A DNA stretch of 60,573 nt, counting the filler. It is 8 parts of 8 records of this genome, joined end to end, with 100 filler letters (N's around TTAATTAATTAA, not from the genome) between each part and the next. Parts side by side here need not be neighbours in the genome. Positions count along the whole stretch, not along the records: positions 27,760 to 32,986 come from SRR31156797_6067; positions 33,087 to 46,112 come from SRR31156797_6068; 6 more parts are not named here. One strand, written 5' to 3'. Under the pieces are notes generated by a model. The model made no database searches, was not told the origin of the DNA, and worked only from the letters and a program-made list of their open reading frames with translations. Position numbers and translations under genes: made by a program. Positions 32,009 to 42,290 of this stretch are shown piece by piece (positions within the stretch are counted from its first letter, which is position 1; each line of letters opens with the position of its first letter).

Positions 32009-32110
32009 CTATCGCCTTATTACCCGGATATTCTTTTGTTTACCATCATTGCTTTCAATAAGCAAAATATAAACGCCATCGCCACCCTTCATTTGATATT
32101 GAATCTGAAT
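32009..32110 (-). pseudogene. Remnant of a T9SS C-terminal sorting domain
   Basis: Reads IQIQYQMKGGDGVYILLIESNDGKQKNIRVIRR*; an in-frame stop lies just upstream and there is no passenger domain. Confidence 0.55.
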
Positions 32111-32192
32111 GGTTAAAAATGTGTAATAGATTTTCTAATGCATATTACCTTTTTAACTAATTTCAGTTTTTATCCACAGTCATTTATGTTTA

Positions 32193-32831
32193 TTAATTGT
32201 ATTTAATTTCAACAAACATACTATCACTAATATTACTTTCTGCAGCATTTCTAAAAATAATCCAAAGATGCATTTCATTAATATTTCTATTACAAACACC
32301 TTCCCATAAAAAATTACCTTTTGATCTTCTCACCCCTGAAAAAGTATAACAACTAAGATTCTCATCCTTATGTCGCATCAATAAAATTAAGGTATCCATA
32401 TCCCTATTATTATTGGGCTCTATATCACTGGTACCCCACTCCACCAGTAAGTCTTTTCCTTGTGTTGTTGCTGAAGCCTCTTTGGGTAGCGGTACACTAC
32501 CTTTGCTAAACAAAGCCCTGGCATAATCAATTTCAAGATTTGGATACTCTCCTTTAATACCAAACTTCATATTATAGGATTTGGCAAAATAGAAAGGACT
32601 TTTCTCCGTATTTTCTAATCCAAAAGTTCTGGGATAAATATTAATAAATGGTCTAAGAAAATCGTTTACCAATTTCATTTTTTGTCGCTGTGCCAGCTGC
32701 CTTGGCGATTTCTTATCTCTAAAATATCCAGGTTTACCGCGTACAATTGTTTTCCCATTTAGCTCATAAATGACAATATTACCAAGGCTACCGCTCAAAC
32801 CTTCTAAAAACTTATTATTTAAAACAGCCAT
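32193..32831 (-). CDS. DUF6266-family protein
   Basis: GLSGSLGNIVIYELNGKTIVRGKP...SPRQLAQRQKM...FSKGSVP pattern. Confidence 0.8.
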   Translation of the reverse strand: MAVLNNKFLEGLSGSLGNIVIYELNGKTIVRGKPGYFRDKKSPRQLAQRQKMKLVNDFLRPFINIYPRTFGLENTEKSPFYFAKSYNMKFGIKGEYPNLEIDYARALFSKGSVPLPKEASATTQGKDLLVEWGTSDIEPNNNRDMDTLILLMRHKDENLSCYTFSGVRRSKGNFLWEGVCNRNINEMHLWIIFRNAAESNISDSMFVEIKYN

Positions 32832-33086
32832 AATCGAAAAGTTTTGGTCACATTGTCTCTAAGTCAAATATTATACCACTCAAATGAAAATTTTACACTA
32901 TCAACGAGAATATTTTAGTCTTTGCACATATTTCCTATGTTTTACCTTTGCCTATTATCAAACTAATTATTTCACTTTTGACACATNNNNNNNNNNNNNN
33001 NNNNNNNNNNNNNNNNNNNNNNNNNNNNNNTTAATTAATTAANNNNNNNNNNNNNNNNNNNNNNNNNNNNNNNNNNNNNNNNNNNN

Positions 33087-33382
33087 ACAATTAAATCGGC
33101 ATAATTACTTACCATTGTAATGGTATCCTTCAAAGTTTCGCCTTTAGTGGTTGACGATGAGGATGCGTCAGTAAAACCAATAACTCTTCCACCCAATCGG
33201 TTAATCGCCGTTTCAAAACTCAATCTTGTCCGGGTAGACGGCTCAAAGAACAAACTTGCAATTACTTTATTTTTAAGTAACTCCTGATTTGGATTAGCCT
33301 CAAACTTAGATGCTAATTCTACAATTTTTAAAATCTCTTCCTTTGTAAAGTCATTAATCGAGACCAAACTTCTATTCTTCAT
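33087..33382 (-). CDS. pyrB: Aspartate carbamoyltransferase (3'-truncated)
   Basis: [13 protein letters not shown] and KGETLKDT motifs. Confidence 0.95.
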
Positions 33383-33527
33383 GCACTATTTTTTGAATTC
33401 AAAGCAAAACATAAGTTGCTTTTCACATTATACTTTGAAATATCTATAATTAAAAACTCAAACTCTTTTAGAGAAATAACAAATTCGTGTGTGAACTTTT
33501 GGGGGAGGTTCCCAATTGAAGAAAGAC

Positions 33528-33557
33528 AAAAAAAAGACCGACAATATTTTGTCAGCC
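33528..33557 (-). terminator. Intrinsic terminator in the pyrB leader (candidate attenuator)
   Basis: Minus strand GGCTGACAA-aata-TTGTCGGTC followed by T8, about 145 nt upstream of pyrB. Confidence 0.65.
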
Positions 33558-33775
33558 AGTCTACATTCAATTTAAAAAATAAGAAAGAAAACATATCGTA
33601 ATCACCATAATTTAAAGGTGATACAGCATTTGCTATAAAAGTATTAAGTATGCCTGAATTTGTCTTCATTCCAGAGCTTAAAGATAATACAAATATTGCA
33701 ACTACTCACCAACAAACGCCATATAATTCTCAACAATATTCTTGTATATTTACCCAACACTTATCAAGAATTATT

Positions 33776-34654
33776 TTGAAAAGATCATATCGACTTTCTC
33801 TGTTTTACATGCACGCTATAGTATTGATTTATGGCTTTACGGCCATATTAGGAAAACTAATAGAAATGCCCGCCATACCCATGGTTTGGTATCGCATGCT
33901 ATTCGCCAGTTTAAGCTTATTAATTTTTCTAATACTAAAGAAAAAGAAAATCATTCTTCCATGGAAAGAAAGTTTGCGGTATCTATCAATAGGTACTATT
34001 GTTGCTCTTCACTGGATTTCATTCTTTCACGCCATAAAAATTTCCAACATCTCGATTACTTTGGGCATTACTGCATCCGGAGCCTTATTTGCGAGTTTAT
34101 TAGAACCCGTAATCATTAAACGTAAAATAAACTGGATTGAAATCGTAATTGGTGTATTTATCGTACTAGGACTTTATATAATTTTCAATTATGAATTAAA
34201 TTATTTGTTTGGAATTATAGTTGCCTTAATTGCTACAATTCTGGCTACATTATTTACTATCTTTAATAAAAAGTTCACCCACAAACACCCGCCGTCCATT
34301 ATTACTTTATACGAAATGACAGGTGGATTTCTTGCTATCTCCGCTTATATACTTGTGAATCCGGATCATATTGCAGCTATTACAAACCCGTCTTTGAGCG
34401 ACATCTTTTATGTACTCATTTTAGGTACTATTTGCACTGCCTTTGCCTTTATGGTCAGCGTTGATGTTATGAAAGAACTATCTGCCTTTACTGTTCTCTT
34501 AACCATAAACATGGAACCAATTTACGGTATCATATTAGCCTTTTACTTTTTTAAAGATTCAGAATTTATGTCGGGAGGTTTTTACCTGGGTACACTGATT
34601 ATTCTGGCATCGGTGTTTATTTACCCTCTGGTACTGAAAAAAATGAAGGGTTAG
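33776..34654 (+). CDS. EamA/DMT family transporter
   Basis: About 10 TM helices with GFTAILGKLI and INMEPIYG; the start is probably TTG 33776 rather than 33650. Confidence 0.88.
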   Translation: MKRSYRLSLFYMHAIVLIYGFTAILGKLIEMPAIPMVWYRMLFASLSLLIFLILKKKKIILPWKESLRYLSIGTIVALHWISFFHAIKISNISITLGITASGALFASLLEPVIIKRKINWIEIVIGVFIVLGLYIIFNYELNYLFGIIVALIATILATLFTIFNKKFTHKHPPSIITLYEMTGGFLAISAYILVNPDHIAAITNPSLSDIFYVLILGTICTAFAFMVSVDVMKELSAFTVLLTINMEPIYGIILAFYFFKDSEFMSGGFYLGTLIILASVFIYPLVLKKMKG

Positions 34655-34666
34655 GTTATTGTTTTT

Positions 34667-35851
34667 TTATGACTTATAGACCTGATTTCTCACTTTTAGA
34701 ATCCGGTTTAATCCTTCCTCAATTATAGCTTTAGGAGAACCGATATTCATTCGTTGAAATCCGGCACCCTCTTTACCAAAAGAAACACCATCGTTCAATC
34801 CTACCTGACCAATTTCAATCATGGCTTTTTTTAGTTTTGAAGGAGAAAGGTTCCATTTTCTAAAATCAAACCAAAGCAAATAGGTAGCTTCAGGTTTTAC
34901 AAAACCAACCTCTGGCATATTGGCTTTGATAAATTCATCAACCAATGCAACATTGCCTTCTAAATATACCTTCAATTCATTGAGCCATTCTGCACCTTCA
35001 TTATATGCAGCCTCAAGCGCAATACCTCCAAACAAATTACCCATATGTAATTGCATCGCCCATAACCTTTTATGAAATCTATTCCTAAGTTTATCATTGG
35101 ATATAATCGCATAGGCAGTAGATAAACCAGCTATATTAAATGTTTTGCTCGGTGCCATACAAGTAATAATTCTGTCCTCCACTTCAGGAAATAAATCAGC
35201 CATTACAAGATGCTTATTACCATACAAACAAAGATCACTATGAATTTCATCTGATACAATTAATACATCATGCTTCACACAAATCTCGGCAATTCGCTTT
35301 AATTCTTCTTTTTTCCAGGCTCTACCGACAGGATTATGTGGGTTGGATAAAACGAATATTTTAGTATTTGGATCGCTCGCTTGCTCTTCTAATAAGTCAA
35401 AATCTATAGTATAATATCCATCCGTTTCAACTAAGGTATTTTTAACTAACTCTCGGCCATTTTCTGTTACAATAGAGTAAAACGGAGGATAAACCGGTGT
35501 TTGAATAATTACCTTATCACCAACATTACTAAACTCATGAATAGCCACCATAATAGAAGGTAATACTCCAGGAGAAAACTCAATCCAGGATTCTTCAACA
35601 TTCCAATTATGCTGAGAAGACAACCAATTGATAATTGCTCCGGTAAATTTCTTATCTCTTATTGTGTAGCCATATATTTCATGATTTGCTCTGTTTTGTA
35701 ATGCTGCAATTACCGCTGCTGGAGCCTTAAAATCCATATCAGCAACCCATAATGGTAAAACATCATTAGATCCAAAGTACAATTCCCTTAGATCTAATTT
35801 ATAAGCATCTGTATTCTCCCGATTTATTATTTCATCAAAATTATAACTCAT
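34667..35851 (-). CDS. MalY/PatB family PLP-dependent C-S lyase
   Basis: LWVADMDF, NPHNPVG, SDEIHSD and APSKTFNIAG motifs. Confidence 0.93.
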   Translation of the reverse strand: MSYNFDEIINRENTDAYKLDLRELYFGSNDVLPLWVADMDFKAPAAVIAALQNRANHEIYGYTIRDKKFTGAIINWLSSQHNWNVEESWIEFSPGVLPSIMVAIHEFSNVGDKVIIQTPVYPPFYSIVTENGRELVKNTLVETDGYYTIDFDLLEEQASDPNTKIFVLSNPHNPVGRAWKKEELKRIAEICVKHDVLIVSDEIHSDLCLYGNKHLVMADLFPEVEDRIITCMAPSKTFNIAGLSTAYAIISNDKLRNRFHKRLWAMQLHMGNLFGGIALEAAYNEGAEWLNELKVYLEGNVALVDEFIKANMPEVGFVKPEATYLLWFDFRKWNLSPSKLKKAMIEIGQVGLNDGVSFGKEGAGFQRMNIGSPKAIIEEGLNRILKVRNQVYKS

Positions 35852-35994
35852 ATTTATTTTTTTACAAAGGAAACATTAATGAATCAAAATATCATATGAC
35901 AAAAGTTGTTTAATCCTATTTTAAATATAGGATTAAATAAAAAAGTCCGATGCATGCATCAGACTTTCTGGTATTTTCTTATTCCTTAACAAGA

Positions 35995-36471
35995 TTAATT
36001 TATAGTTACATCAATAGATTTTGATGATGAATTACCCGCCTTATCTTTACATATAATAGTTAATGTGTAATTACCTGTCCATACTGATTCTGTAGGATCT
36101 TCAAAAATACTTTGATTAACTTCATCCGTTGTACCACTTAATTCCATTGTTACATCTGCTGGTATCCAGGGATCATCATAAATACCTGTTGCTGATTTTA
36201 AAGCAGCAGACGTTCCACTTTTACTGTTACTAAGTGAAAAAACAACCTCTTTAAGTTCAACATCATCTGTAAAAGTTCCTTCAAACATAAAGGAACCTCC
36301 TCCATTTATACCATAACTCTGACCTGAGGCTTTAGGAGTTGTAACCGTTATTTCAGGCTTAGTAGTATCCGTTGGTTCCGGATCCTTTTTTTTGTTGTCT
36401 CCGCCGCATGATGTCAATACATATACAGCGATAACAATCAATGAAATCATTTTTGGGAAATAGATTTTCAT
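35995..36471 (-). CDS. Ig-like domain lipoprotein (DUF4625-like)
   Basis: Lipobox LTSC; DTTKPEITV...GNYTLTIICKDKAGNS. Confidence 0.72.
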   Translation of the reverse strand: MKIYFPKMISLIVIAVYVLTSCGGDNKKKDPEPTDTTKPEITVTTPKASGQSYGINGGGSFMFEGTFTDDVELKEVVFSLSNSKSGTSAALKSATGIYDDPWIPADVTMELSGTTDEVNQSIFEDPTESVWTGNYTLTIICKDKAGNSSSKSIDVTIN

Positions 36472-36536
36472 GTTATTATTATTTAAATTAAAAATTCAGA
36501 ACAAATATAACATTATAATTATTTCCCCTTCCTGAT

Positions 36537-37619
36537 TTATCCTTGTATATAATTCTCGAACACAGAGCGAATACCTTCTTTTAATTCAATGCTTGCCTTC
36601 CACCCTAAATCATTTAGTTTAGAAACATTTAATAATTTCTGGAATGTACCATCTGGTTTAGTTGAATCCCACAATAACTCACCTACAAAACCAACTACAT
36701 CTTTAACAATGTATGCTAATTCTTTTATAGACTGATCTTCTCCTACCCCAATATTTATATGAGTATTCCTAATCTCTTTGTCCTTAGGCTTTACATCTTC
36801 AAATTCTACTTCTTCCATCACATAGATGCACGCTTCAGCCATATCATCAGAATGCAAGAATTCCCTTCTTGGATTTCCAGTTCCCCATAACTTAATAGCT
36901 GCTACATTATCTTTAAGAGCAATTCCATACTTTGATAATATAGCCAACTTTTCCTCTTTTGAACTTGAAGCACCTACACCTTCAACAGGTTTCTTTTCCA
37001 AATCCTTATCAATAGCACTCCAATTGTCTTCCTGCAAACATTTGCCCAAATACATTTTACGAATTAAAGCAGGTAGAACATGCGATTTTTCAAGATCGTA
37101 ATTATCATTAGGTCCATATAAATTAGTGGGCATTACAGAAATAAAATTGGTACCGTACTGTAAATTATACGATTCACACATTTTGATTCCTGCAATTTTT
37201 GCAATTGCATATGGCTCATTTGTATATTCAAGAATATCTGTCAATAAATAATCTTCCTGAATAGGTTGTGGACAAGCTTTAGGGTAAATACAAGAACTAC
37301 CTAAAAACAAGAGCTTCTTCACACCTGTTTTATAGGCATGATGAATAATATTATTTTGAATCTGAATATTTTCGTAGATAAAATCAGCTCTGTAAGTATT
37401 ATTAGCTACGATACCGCCTACTTTAGCTGCAGCAAGAAAAACATAATCAATTTTTTCTTCTTCAAAAAAAGAAGCAACTGCATTGGCATCTAACAAATCC
37501 AGCTCCTGTCTAGTTTTAACTACAATATTATTAAAACCTTTCGCAGTCAGTGAACGAACAATAGCCGAACCCACTAATCCGCGGTGTCCGGCTACAAATA
37601 TCTTCCCATTCTTATCCAT
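36537..37619 (-). CDS. fcl: GDP-L-fucose synthase
   Basis: [24 protein letters not shown] and YAIAKIAG motifs. Confidence 0.96.
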   Translation of the reverse strand: MDKNGKIFVAGHRGLVGSAIVRSLTAKGFNNIVVKTRQELDLLDANAVASFFEEEKIDYVFLAAAKVGGIVANNTYRADFIYENIQIQNNIIHHAYKTGVKKLLFLGSSCIYPKACPQPIQEDYLLTDILEYTNEPYAIAKIAGIKMCESYNLQYGTNFISVMPTNLYGPNDNYDLEKSHVLPALIRKMYLGKCLQEDNWSAIDKDLEKKPVEGVGASSSKEEKLAILSKYGIALKDNVAAIKLWGTGNPRREFLHSDDMAEACIYVMEEVEFEDVKPKDKEIRNTHINIGVGEDQSIKELAYIVKDVVGFVGELLWDSTKPDGTFQKLLNVSKLNDLGWKASIELKEGIRSVFENYIQG

Positions 37620-38734
37620 TACTCGAAGTAATTTAAAGTTTGATAACCTCCATCCTGAAGGTATTTATCTTTTTTCATGGCTTTAATATCACCTTCCATC
37701 ATATCTTCAACAAGACCTTTTAAGTCATATTCTGGTTCCCATGATAATTTTTCTTTTGCTTTAGTAGGATCTCCAATTAATAATTCTACTTCTGTTGGTC
37801 TAAAATATCTTGGATCTACCTCTACCACACAAGCTCCTGTTTCTAAATTGTATTCTGCATTGCTACATGAAACAACATATCCTTTTTCTTCTACACCCTC
37901 GCCTTTAAACTCAATCTCAACTCCGATATGGTTAAATGCCATACGTACAAAATCACGAACTTCTGTTGTAATTCCGGTAGCTACTACAAAATCTTCTGCT
38001 TTATCTTGCTGAAGCATCAAATACATAGCTTTTACATAATCCTTTGCATGTCCCCAGTCTCTCTTTGCAGATAGATTTCCCAGGTATAGCTTATCTTGTA
38101 AACCAAGTCCAATTCTGGCAACTGCTCTTGTAATCTTTCTGGTTACGAAAGTTTCCCCACGAATTGGAGATTCGTGGTTAAATAAAATACCATTACAGGC
38201 GTAAATATCATATGCTTCACGGTAGTTTACTGTAATCCAATAACCATAAAGTTTAGCAACCGCATAAGGTGAACGAGGATAAAATGGTGTTTCCTCACTT
38301 TGAGGAACCTGCTGAACCAATCCATATAATTCACTCGTTGAAGCCTGATAAAATTTCGTTTTTTTAGTCAAACCCAATAGACGAATAGCTTCTAAAATCC
38401 TTAAAGTTCCAATACCATCTGCATTAGCTGTATATTCAGGTGTATCAAAACTAACCGCAACATGAGACATGGCAGCCAGGTTGTATATCTCGTCTGGTTG
38501 AGTCTCCTGGATAATTCTGATTAAATTCGTCGAATCTGTTAAATCACCATAATGCAAGAAAAAGTTCTTGTTATCTACATGTGGATCCTGATACAAGTGA
38601 TCGATTCTATCTGTATTAAACAAGGAAGATCTACGCTTGATTCCGTGAACTACATATCCTTTTTTAAGTAAAAACTCCGACAGATACGCTCCATCCTGTC
38701 CTGTAACTCCTGTAATTAAAGCAACTTTAGCCAT
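37619..38734 (-). CDS. gmd: GDP-mannose 4,6-dehydratase
   Basis: [25 protein letters not shown] and GETFVTRKI motifs. Confidence 0.97.
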   Translation of the reverse strand: MAKVALITGVTGQDGAYLSEFLLKKGYVVHGIKRRSSLFNTDRIDHLYQDPHVDNKNFFLHYGDLTDSTNLIRIIQETQPDEIYNLAAMSHVAVSFDTPEYTANADGIGTLRILEAIRLLGLTKKTKFYQASTSELYGLVQQVPQSEETPFYPRSPYAVAKLYGYWITVNYREAYDIYACNGILFNHESPIRGETFVTRKITRAVARIGLGLQDKLYLGNLSAKRDWGHAKDYVKAMYLMLQQDKAEDFVVATGITTEVRDFVRMAFNHIGVEIEFKGEGVEEKGYVVSCSNAEYNLETGACVVEVDPRYFRPTEVELLIGDPTKAKEKLSWEPEYDLKGLVEDMMEGDIKAMKKDKYLQDGGYQTLNYFE

Positions 38735-38763
38735 ATTATAAATTATTCTGGTGGTTTGTGTTT

Positions 38764-39756
38764 TTAATGATTATTTAAATTATTCCAATACCAATCGATC
38801 GCTTTTCTCAACCCTTCTTTGACACTAAATTCAGGATCGTAAGCTAATAGATTTTTAGCTTTATCGATGGATGCTAATGAATGCGGCACATCTCCTAACC
38901 TTTCCGGTCCATAATTAATATTCACATCTTTAATCGAACTATCATAAGGCGATAAAAACTCTTTAAGATAGTCTATTAATTCATTCAATGATGTTCTTTC
39001 TCCAAAGGCCACATTATAAACTGTATTTACAGCCTCTTTTGATTCAACAGTTGCAGCCAGTTGATTAGCTTGAACTACATTATCAATAAATGTAAAATCC
39101 CGTGAAAACGATCCATCTCCATTAATTGTTGGAGATTCTTTTTCAATTAAAGATTTTACAAACTTAGGTATAACTGCAGCATAAGCTCCATCAGGATCCT
39201 GCCGCATTCCAAACACATTGAAATAACGTAATCCGATGATTTCTAAATTATACAATTTAGCAAAAACATCTGCATACAATTCATTTACATATTTAGTAAC
39301 TGCATATGGAGATAACGGTTTACCTATTACATCTTCAACCTTTGGTAACGATTCACTATCACCATATGTAGAAGAGCTGGCTGCATAAACAATCCTTTTT
39401 ACTTTGGCATCTCTGGCTGCAAGAATAACATTTACAAAACCAGAAATATTCACATCATTTGATGTTTTAGGATCGTTAATTGATCGAGGTACAGAGCCTA
39501 ACGCTGCCTGATGCAAAACAACATCACAACCTTCGACTGCTTTGTCGCAATCTTCACGGTTTCGAATATCTCCTTCAATTAAAGTGAAAGATGAATTTGC
39601 TAAAAAAGGCTGTACGTTCTCTCTTTTTCCTGTTGCGAAATTATCGAGACATACAACCTCATTATTTTGTGTAAGTAACCTCTCTACAAGATTAGAGCCG
39701 ATAAAACCGGCTCCACCTGTAACTAATACTTTTTTATTTGTAAGAATTGGCTTCAT
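38764..39756 (-). CDS. UDP-GlcNAc 4-epimerase-like SDR (WbpP/TviC type)
   Basis: [19 protein letters not shown] and PLSPYAVTK motifs. Confidence 0.88.
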   Translation of the reverse strand: MKPILTNKKVLVTGGAGFIGSNLVERLLTQNNEVVCLDNFATGKRENVQPFLANSSFTLIEGDIRNREDCDKAVEGCDVVLHQAALGSVPRSINDPKTSNDVNISGFVNVILAARDAKVKRIVYAASSSTYGDSESLPKVEDVIGKPLSPYAVTKYVNELYADVFAKLYNLEIIGLRYFNVFGMRQDPDGAYAAVIPKFVKSLIEKESPTINGDGSFSRDFTFIDNVVQANQLAATVESKEAVNTVYNVAFGERTSLNELIDYLKEFLSPYDSSIKDVNINYGPERLGDVPHSLASIDKAKNLLAYDPEFSVKEGLRKAIDWYWNNLNNH

Positions 39757-39836
39757 GATTATAACTTAGGTATAAATCGAACCCCAAAATAAGAATCTTT
39801 TATTACCCCTTATAACAATTTATGACCAATGCACTA

Positions 39837-41372
39837 TTATTTGGCATAATTAATCGCTCTTGTTTCACGAATCACCGTAATCTTAACCTGACCTGGATAA
39901 GTCATTTCTGTTTGAATTTTCTTAGCAATATCGTATGATAGTGTTTCAGCATCTTTATCGCTTACTTTTTCACTACCCACAATAACTCTTAATTCTCTAC
40001 CAGCCTGAATAGCATATGTTTTAAGAACTCCTGGATGAGATAATGCCAGATTTTCCAAATCTTTCAAACGCTTAATGTAAGAATCTACCACTTCGCGACG
40101 TGCTCCTGGACGTGCTCCTGAAATAGCATCACAAACCTGAACAATCGGTGCAATCATCGTTGACATTTCAATTTCATCGTGGTGAGCCCCAATCGCATTA
40201 CAAATATCAGGCTTTTCCTTGTACTTTTCTGCCAACTTCATACCTAAAATAGCATGTGGTAATTCTGGCTCCTCATCAGAAACCTTACCTATATCGTGCA
40301 ATAGACCTGCTCTTTTAGCTTTTTTAGGATTCAATCCTAATTCACTTGCCATTACAGCACAAAGATTAGCTGTTTCTCTGGAGTGCTGTAATAAGTTCTG
40401 ACCATATGAAGAACGATACTTCATTTTACCAACCAATTTAATTAATTCCGGATGTAATCCATGAATTCCCAGGTCGATAGTCGTTCTCTTACCTGTTTCA
40501 ATAATTTCTTCTTCAACCTGCTTACGAACTTTATTCACAACCTCCTCAATTCTTGCAGGGTGAATACGACCATCCGTTACTAACTGATGTAATGCTAAAC
40601 GAGCAATCTCTCTACGCATTGGATCAAATGCACTCAATACGATTGCTTCCGGTGTATCATCAACAATAATCTCAACTCCTGTCGCAGCTTCTAAGGCTCT
40701 AATATTACGACCTTCACGACCAATAATACGACCTTTAATTTCGTCAGAATCAATATGGAAGATTGTAACTGAATTTTCAATTGCATTTTCAGTTGCAACT
40801 CGCTGAATAGTTTGAAGCACTACTCTTTTAGCTTCTTTATTTGCATTAATTTTAGCCTCATCCATAATGTCGTTTACAAACGACATTGCTTCTGTTTTAG
40901 CTTCAGCCTTTAATGATTCTATTAATTGATTTTTGGCCTCATCTGCAGTTAATCCTGAAATCGCTTCTAATTGCTCTACTTGTTGTTTGTGTAATTTATC
41001 AAGGTCGGTCGATTTTTTCTCAACTATTTCTAGTTGCCCTTCTAAATTCTCACGAATTACATCTGTTTCTTTTCTTTTTCGAGTAAGCTCTTCTTGTTTT
41101 TGATTGAAAACCGATTCTCTTTGCTTAAGTTTATTCTCTGCAGTTAAAATCTTATTATTCTTCGTATTTATTTCTTTTTCGTGATCCGTTTTTAACTGTA
41201 AGAACTTTTCTTTGGCCTGTAAAATTTTGTCTTTCTTAATCACCTCAGCTTTACTTTCTGCTTCTCGCAGAATTTTATGACTTTGTGACTTCAATAACTT
41301 TCCATATACTATCCATGTGCCCAATATCCCAATCAAAAGGGCAACTATTCCAATCGTTATGTCCATTTCCAA
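39837..41372 (-). CDS. rny: Ribonuclease Y
   Basis: TM anchor, coiled coil, KH ([13 protein letters not shown]) and HD (LLHDIGK) domains; start is TTG 41372 or ATG 41366. Confidence 0.96.
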   Translation of the reverse strand: MEMDITIGIVALLIGILGTWIVYGKLLKSQSHKILREAESKAEVIKKDKILQAKEKFLQLKTDHEKEINTKNNKILTAENKLKQRESVFNQKQEELTRKRKETDVIRENLEGQLEIVEKKSTDLDKLHKQQVEQLEAISGLTADEAKNQLIESLKAEAKTEAMSFVNDIMDEAKINANKEAKRVVLQTIQRVATENAIENSVTIFHIDSDEIKGRIIGREGRNIRALEAATGVEIIVDDTPEAIVLSAFDPMRREIARLALHQLVTDGRIHPARIEEVVNKVRKQVEEEIIETGKRTTIDLGIHGLHPELIKLVGKMKYRSSYGQNLLQHSRETANLCAVMASELGLNPKKAKRAGLLHDIGKVSDEEPELPHAILGMKLAEKYKEKPDICNAIGAHHDEIEMSTMIAPIVQVCDAISGARPGARREVVDSYIKRLKDLENLALSHPGVLKTYAIQAGRELRVIVGSEKVSDKDAETLSYDIAKKIQTEMTYPGQVKITVIRETRAINYAK

Positions 41373-41394
41373 CTATGTATTTAATAAAACAAAA

Positions 41395-41450
41395 CCGCAA
41401 TCATTACCAACAATAAAGGTACGAAATACCTAATTGTTATAACAATGCGG
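41395..41450 (-). ncRNA. Hairpin between zapA and rny (position of the 6S-Flavo-type motif; very short here)
   Basis: Minus strand CCGCA...AACAAT..AGGTA-tttcg-TACCT..ATTGTT...TGCGG followed by TTTTGTTTT. Confidence 0.5.
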
Positions 41451-41478
41451 AAATTATTGATTATATATTGATATTTAC

Positions 41479-41769
41479 TTATTCCTTTTCAAGAATATCC
41501 TCTAATTGCTGGTCTAAGTCCTTAGCCCATTCTACAATTGGAGAGGTGTCTCTTTTCTCCTCCAACTCAAGAAGTTTATTTACAAATTGTAAAGCTGCCA
41601 TTCCTAAAAAATCCTGATGATCTTTATCTGAATAGTGTTGTTTATATTGTAATACTTTATCGTTGATCAATTTAGCTGCCTTTCGAATTCTTTCTTCTTC
41701 CTCCCTGTTGATCTTTAACGGATAAAACCTATCCACTACCTTAACCCTTATCGAAAGTTTTTTATCCAC
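41479..41769 (-). CDS. zapA: Cell division protein ZapA
   Basis: VVDRFYPLKI.REEEERIRKAAKLIN...QDFLGMAALQF; upstream of rny. Confidence 0.92.
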   Translation of the reverse strand: MDKKLSIRVKVVDRFYPLKINREEEERIRKAAKLINDKVLQYKQHYSDKDHQDFLGMAALQFVNKLLELEEKRDTSPIVEWAKDLDQQLEDILEKE

Positions 41770-41783
41770 CAGCTGCTAATTTA

Positions 41784-42077
41784 TTATCTATTTAAAAGAG
41801 CAATGCATTTATCAATTTCCCGCACAATCTGATTAATTCTAATTTTAGCGTAGTGAACGTCTCCACTGGTTGCTTCAATCGTTTTAGAAAATTTTAATGA
41901 ATTGTATTTTTCTTTTAAATCAGCCATTTCCCTGACTGACTCTTCTAATTTTGTGGTGAGTTGCTCGTTTTGCGTTTGTAATTTTTCATTATCTGACTTA
42001 ACGCTTCTATAACGCTCAACCAACCGCGATATTTTATATTGTAAATTGTGTACTATTTCAATATTTTCGTTCCCCAT
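41784..42077 (-). CDS. ZapB-like coiled-coil protein
   Basis: Coiled coil ending in IVREIDKCIALLN, upstream of zapA; ATG 42077. Confidence 0.8.
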   Translation of the reverse strand: MGNENIEIVHNLQYKISRLVERYRSVKSDNEKLQTQNEQLTTKLEESVREMADLKEKYNSLKFSKTIEATSGDVHYAKIRINQIVREIDKCIALLNR

Positions 42078-42290
42078 ATTTACAAAAATGCCATACAAAG
42101 TTAATATTGCAATTAAAAAATAAAAATAAAGCCTGATTTTCTTTTTACCATCTCTTTAGGTAACGAAAAATACATTCTAAATATGAACGTTTTACGACAT
42201 CTAAAAAAAGAACAAATATTACCTAAATGAGTTTTAAAAGAGACAATATATTTTAATTTGCAATTTCAAATTAATTCAAAAAATATAACA

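Noticed and set aside
13861..39756. rfbACD plus gmd/fcl/epimerase treated as one polysaccharide locus
   Set aside because: They lie on different contigs separated by linkers and possibly come from different organisms.
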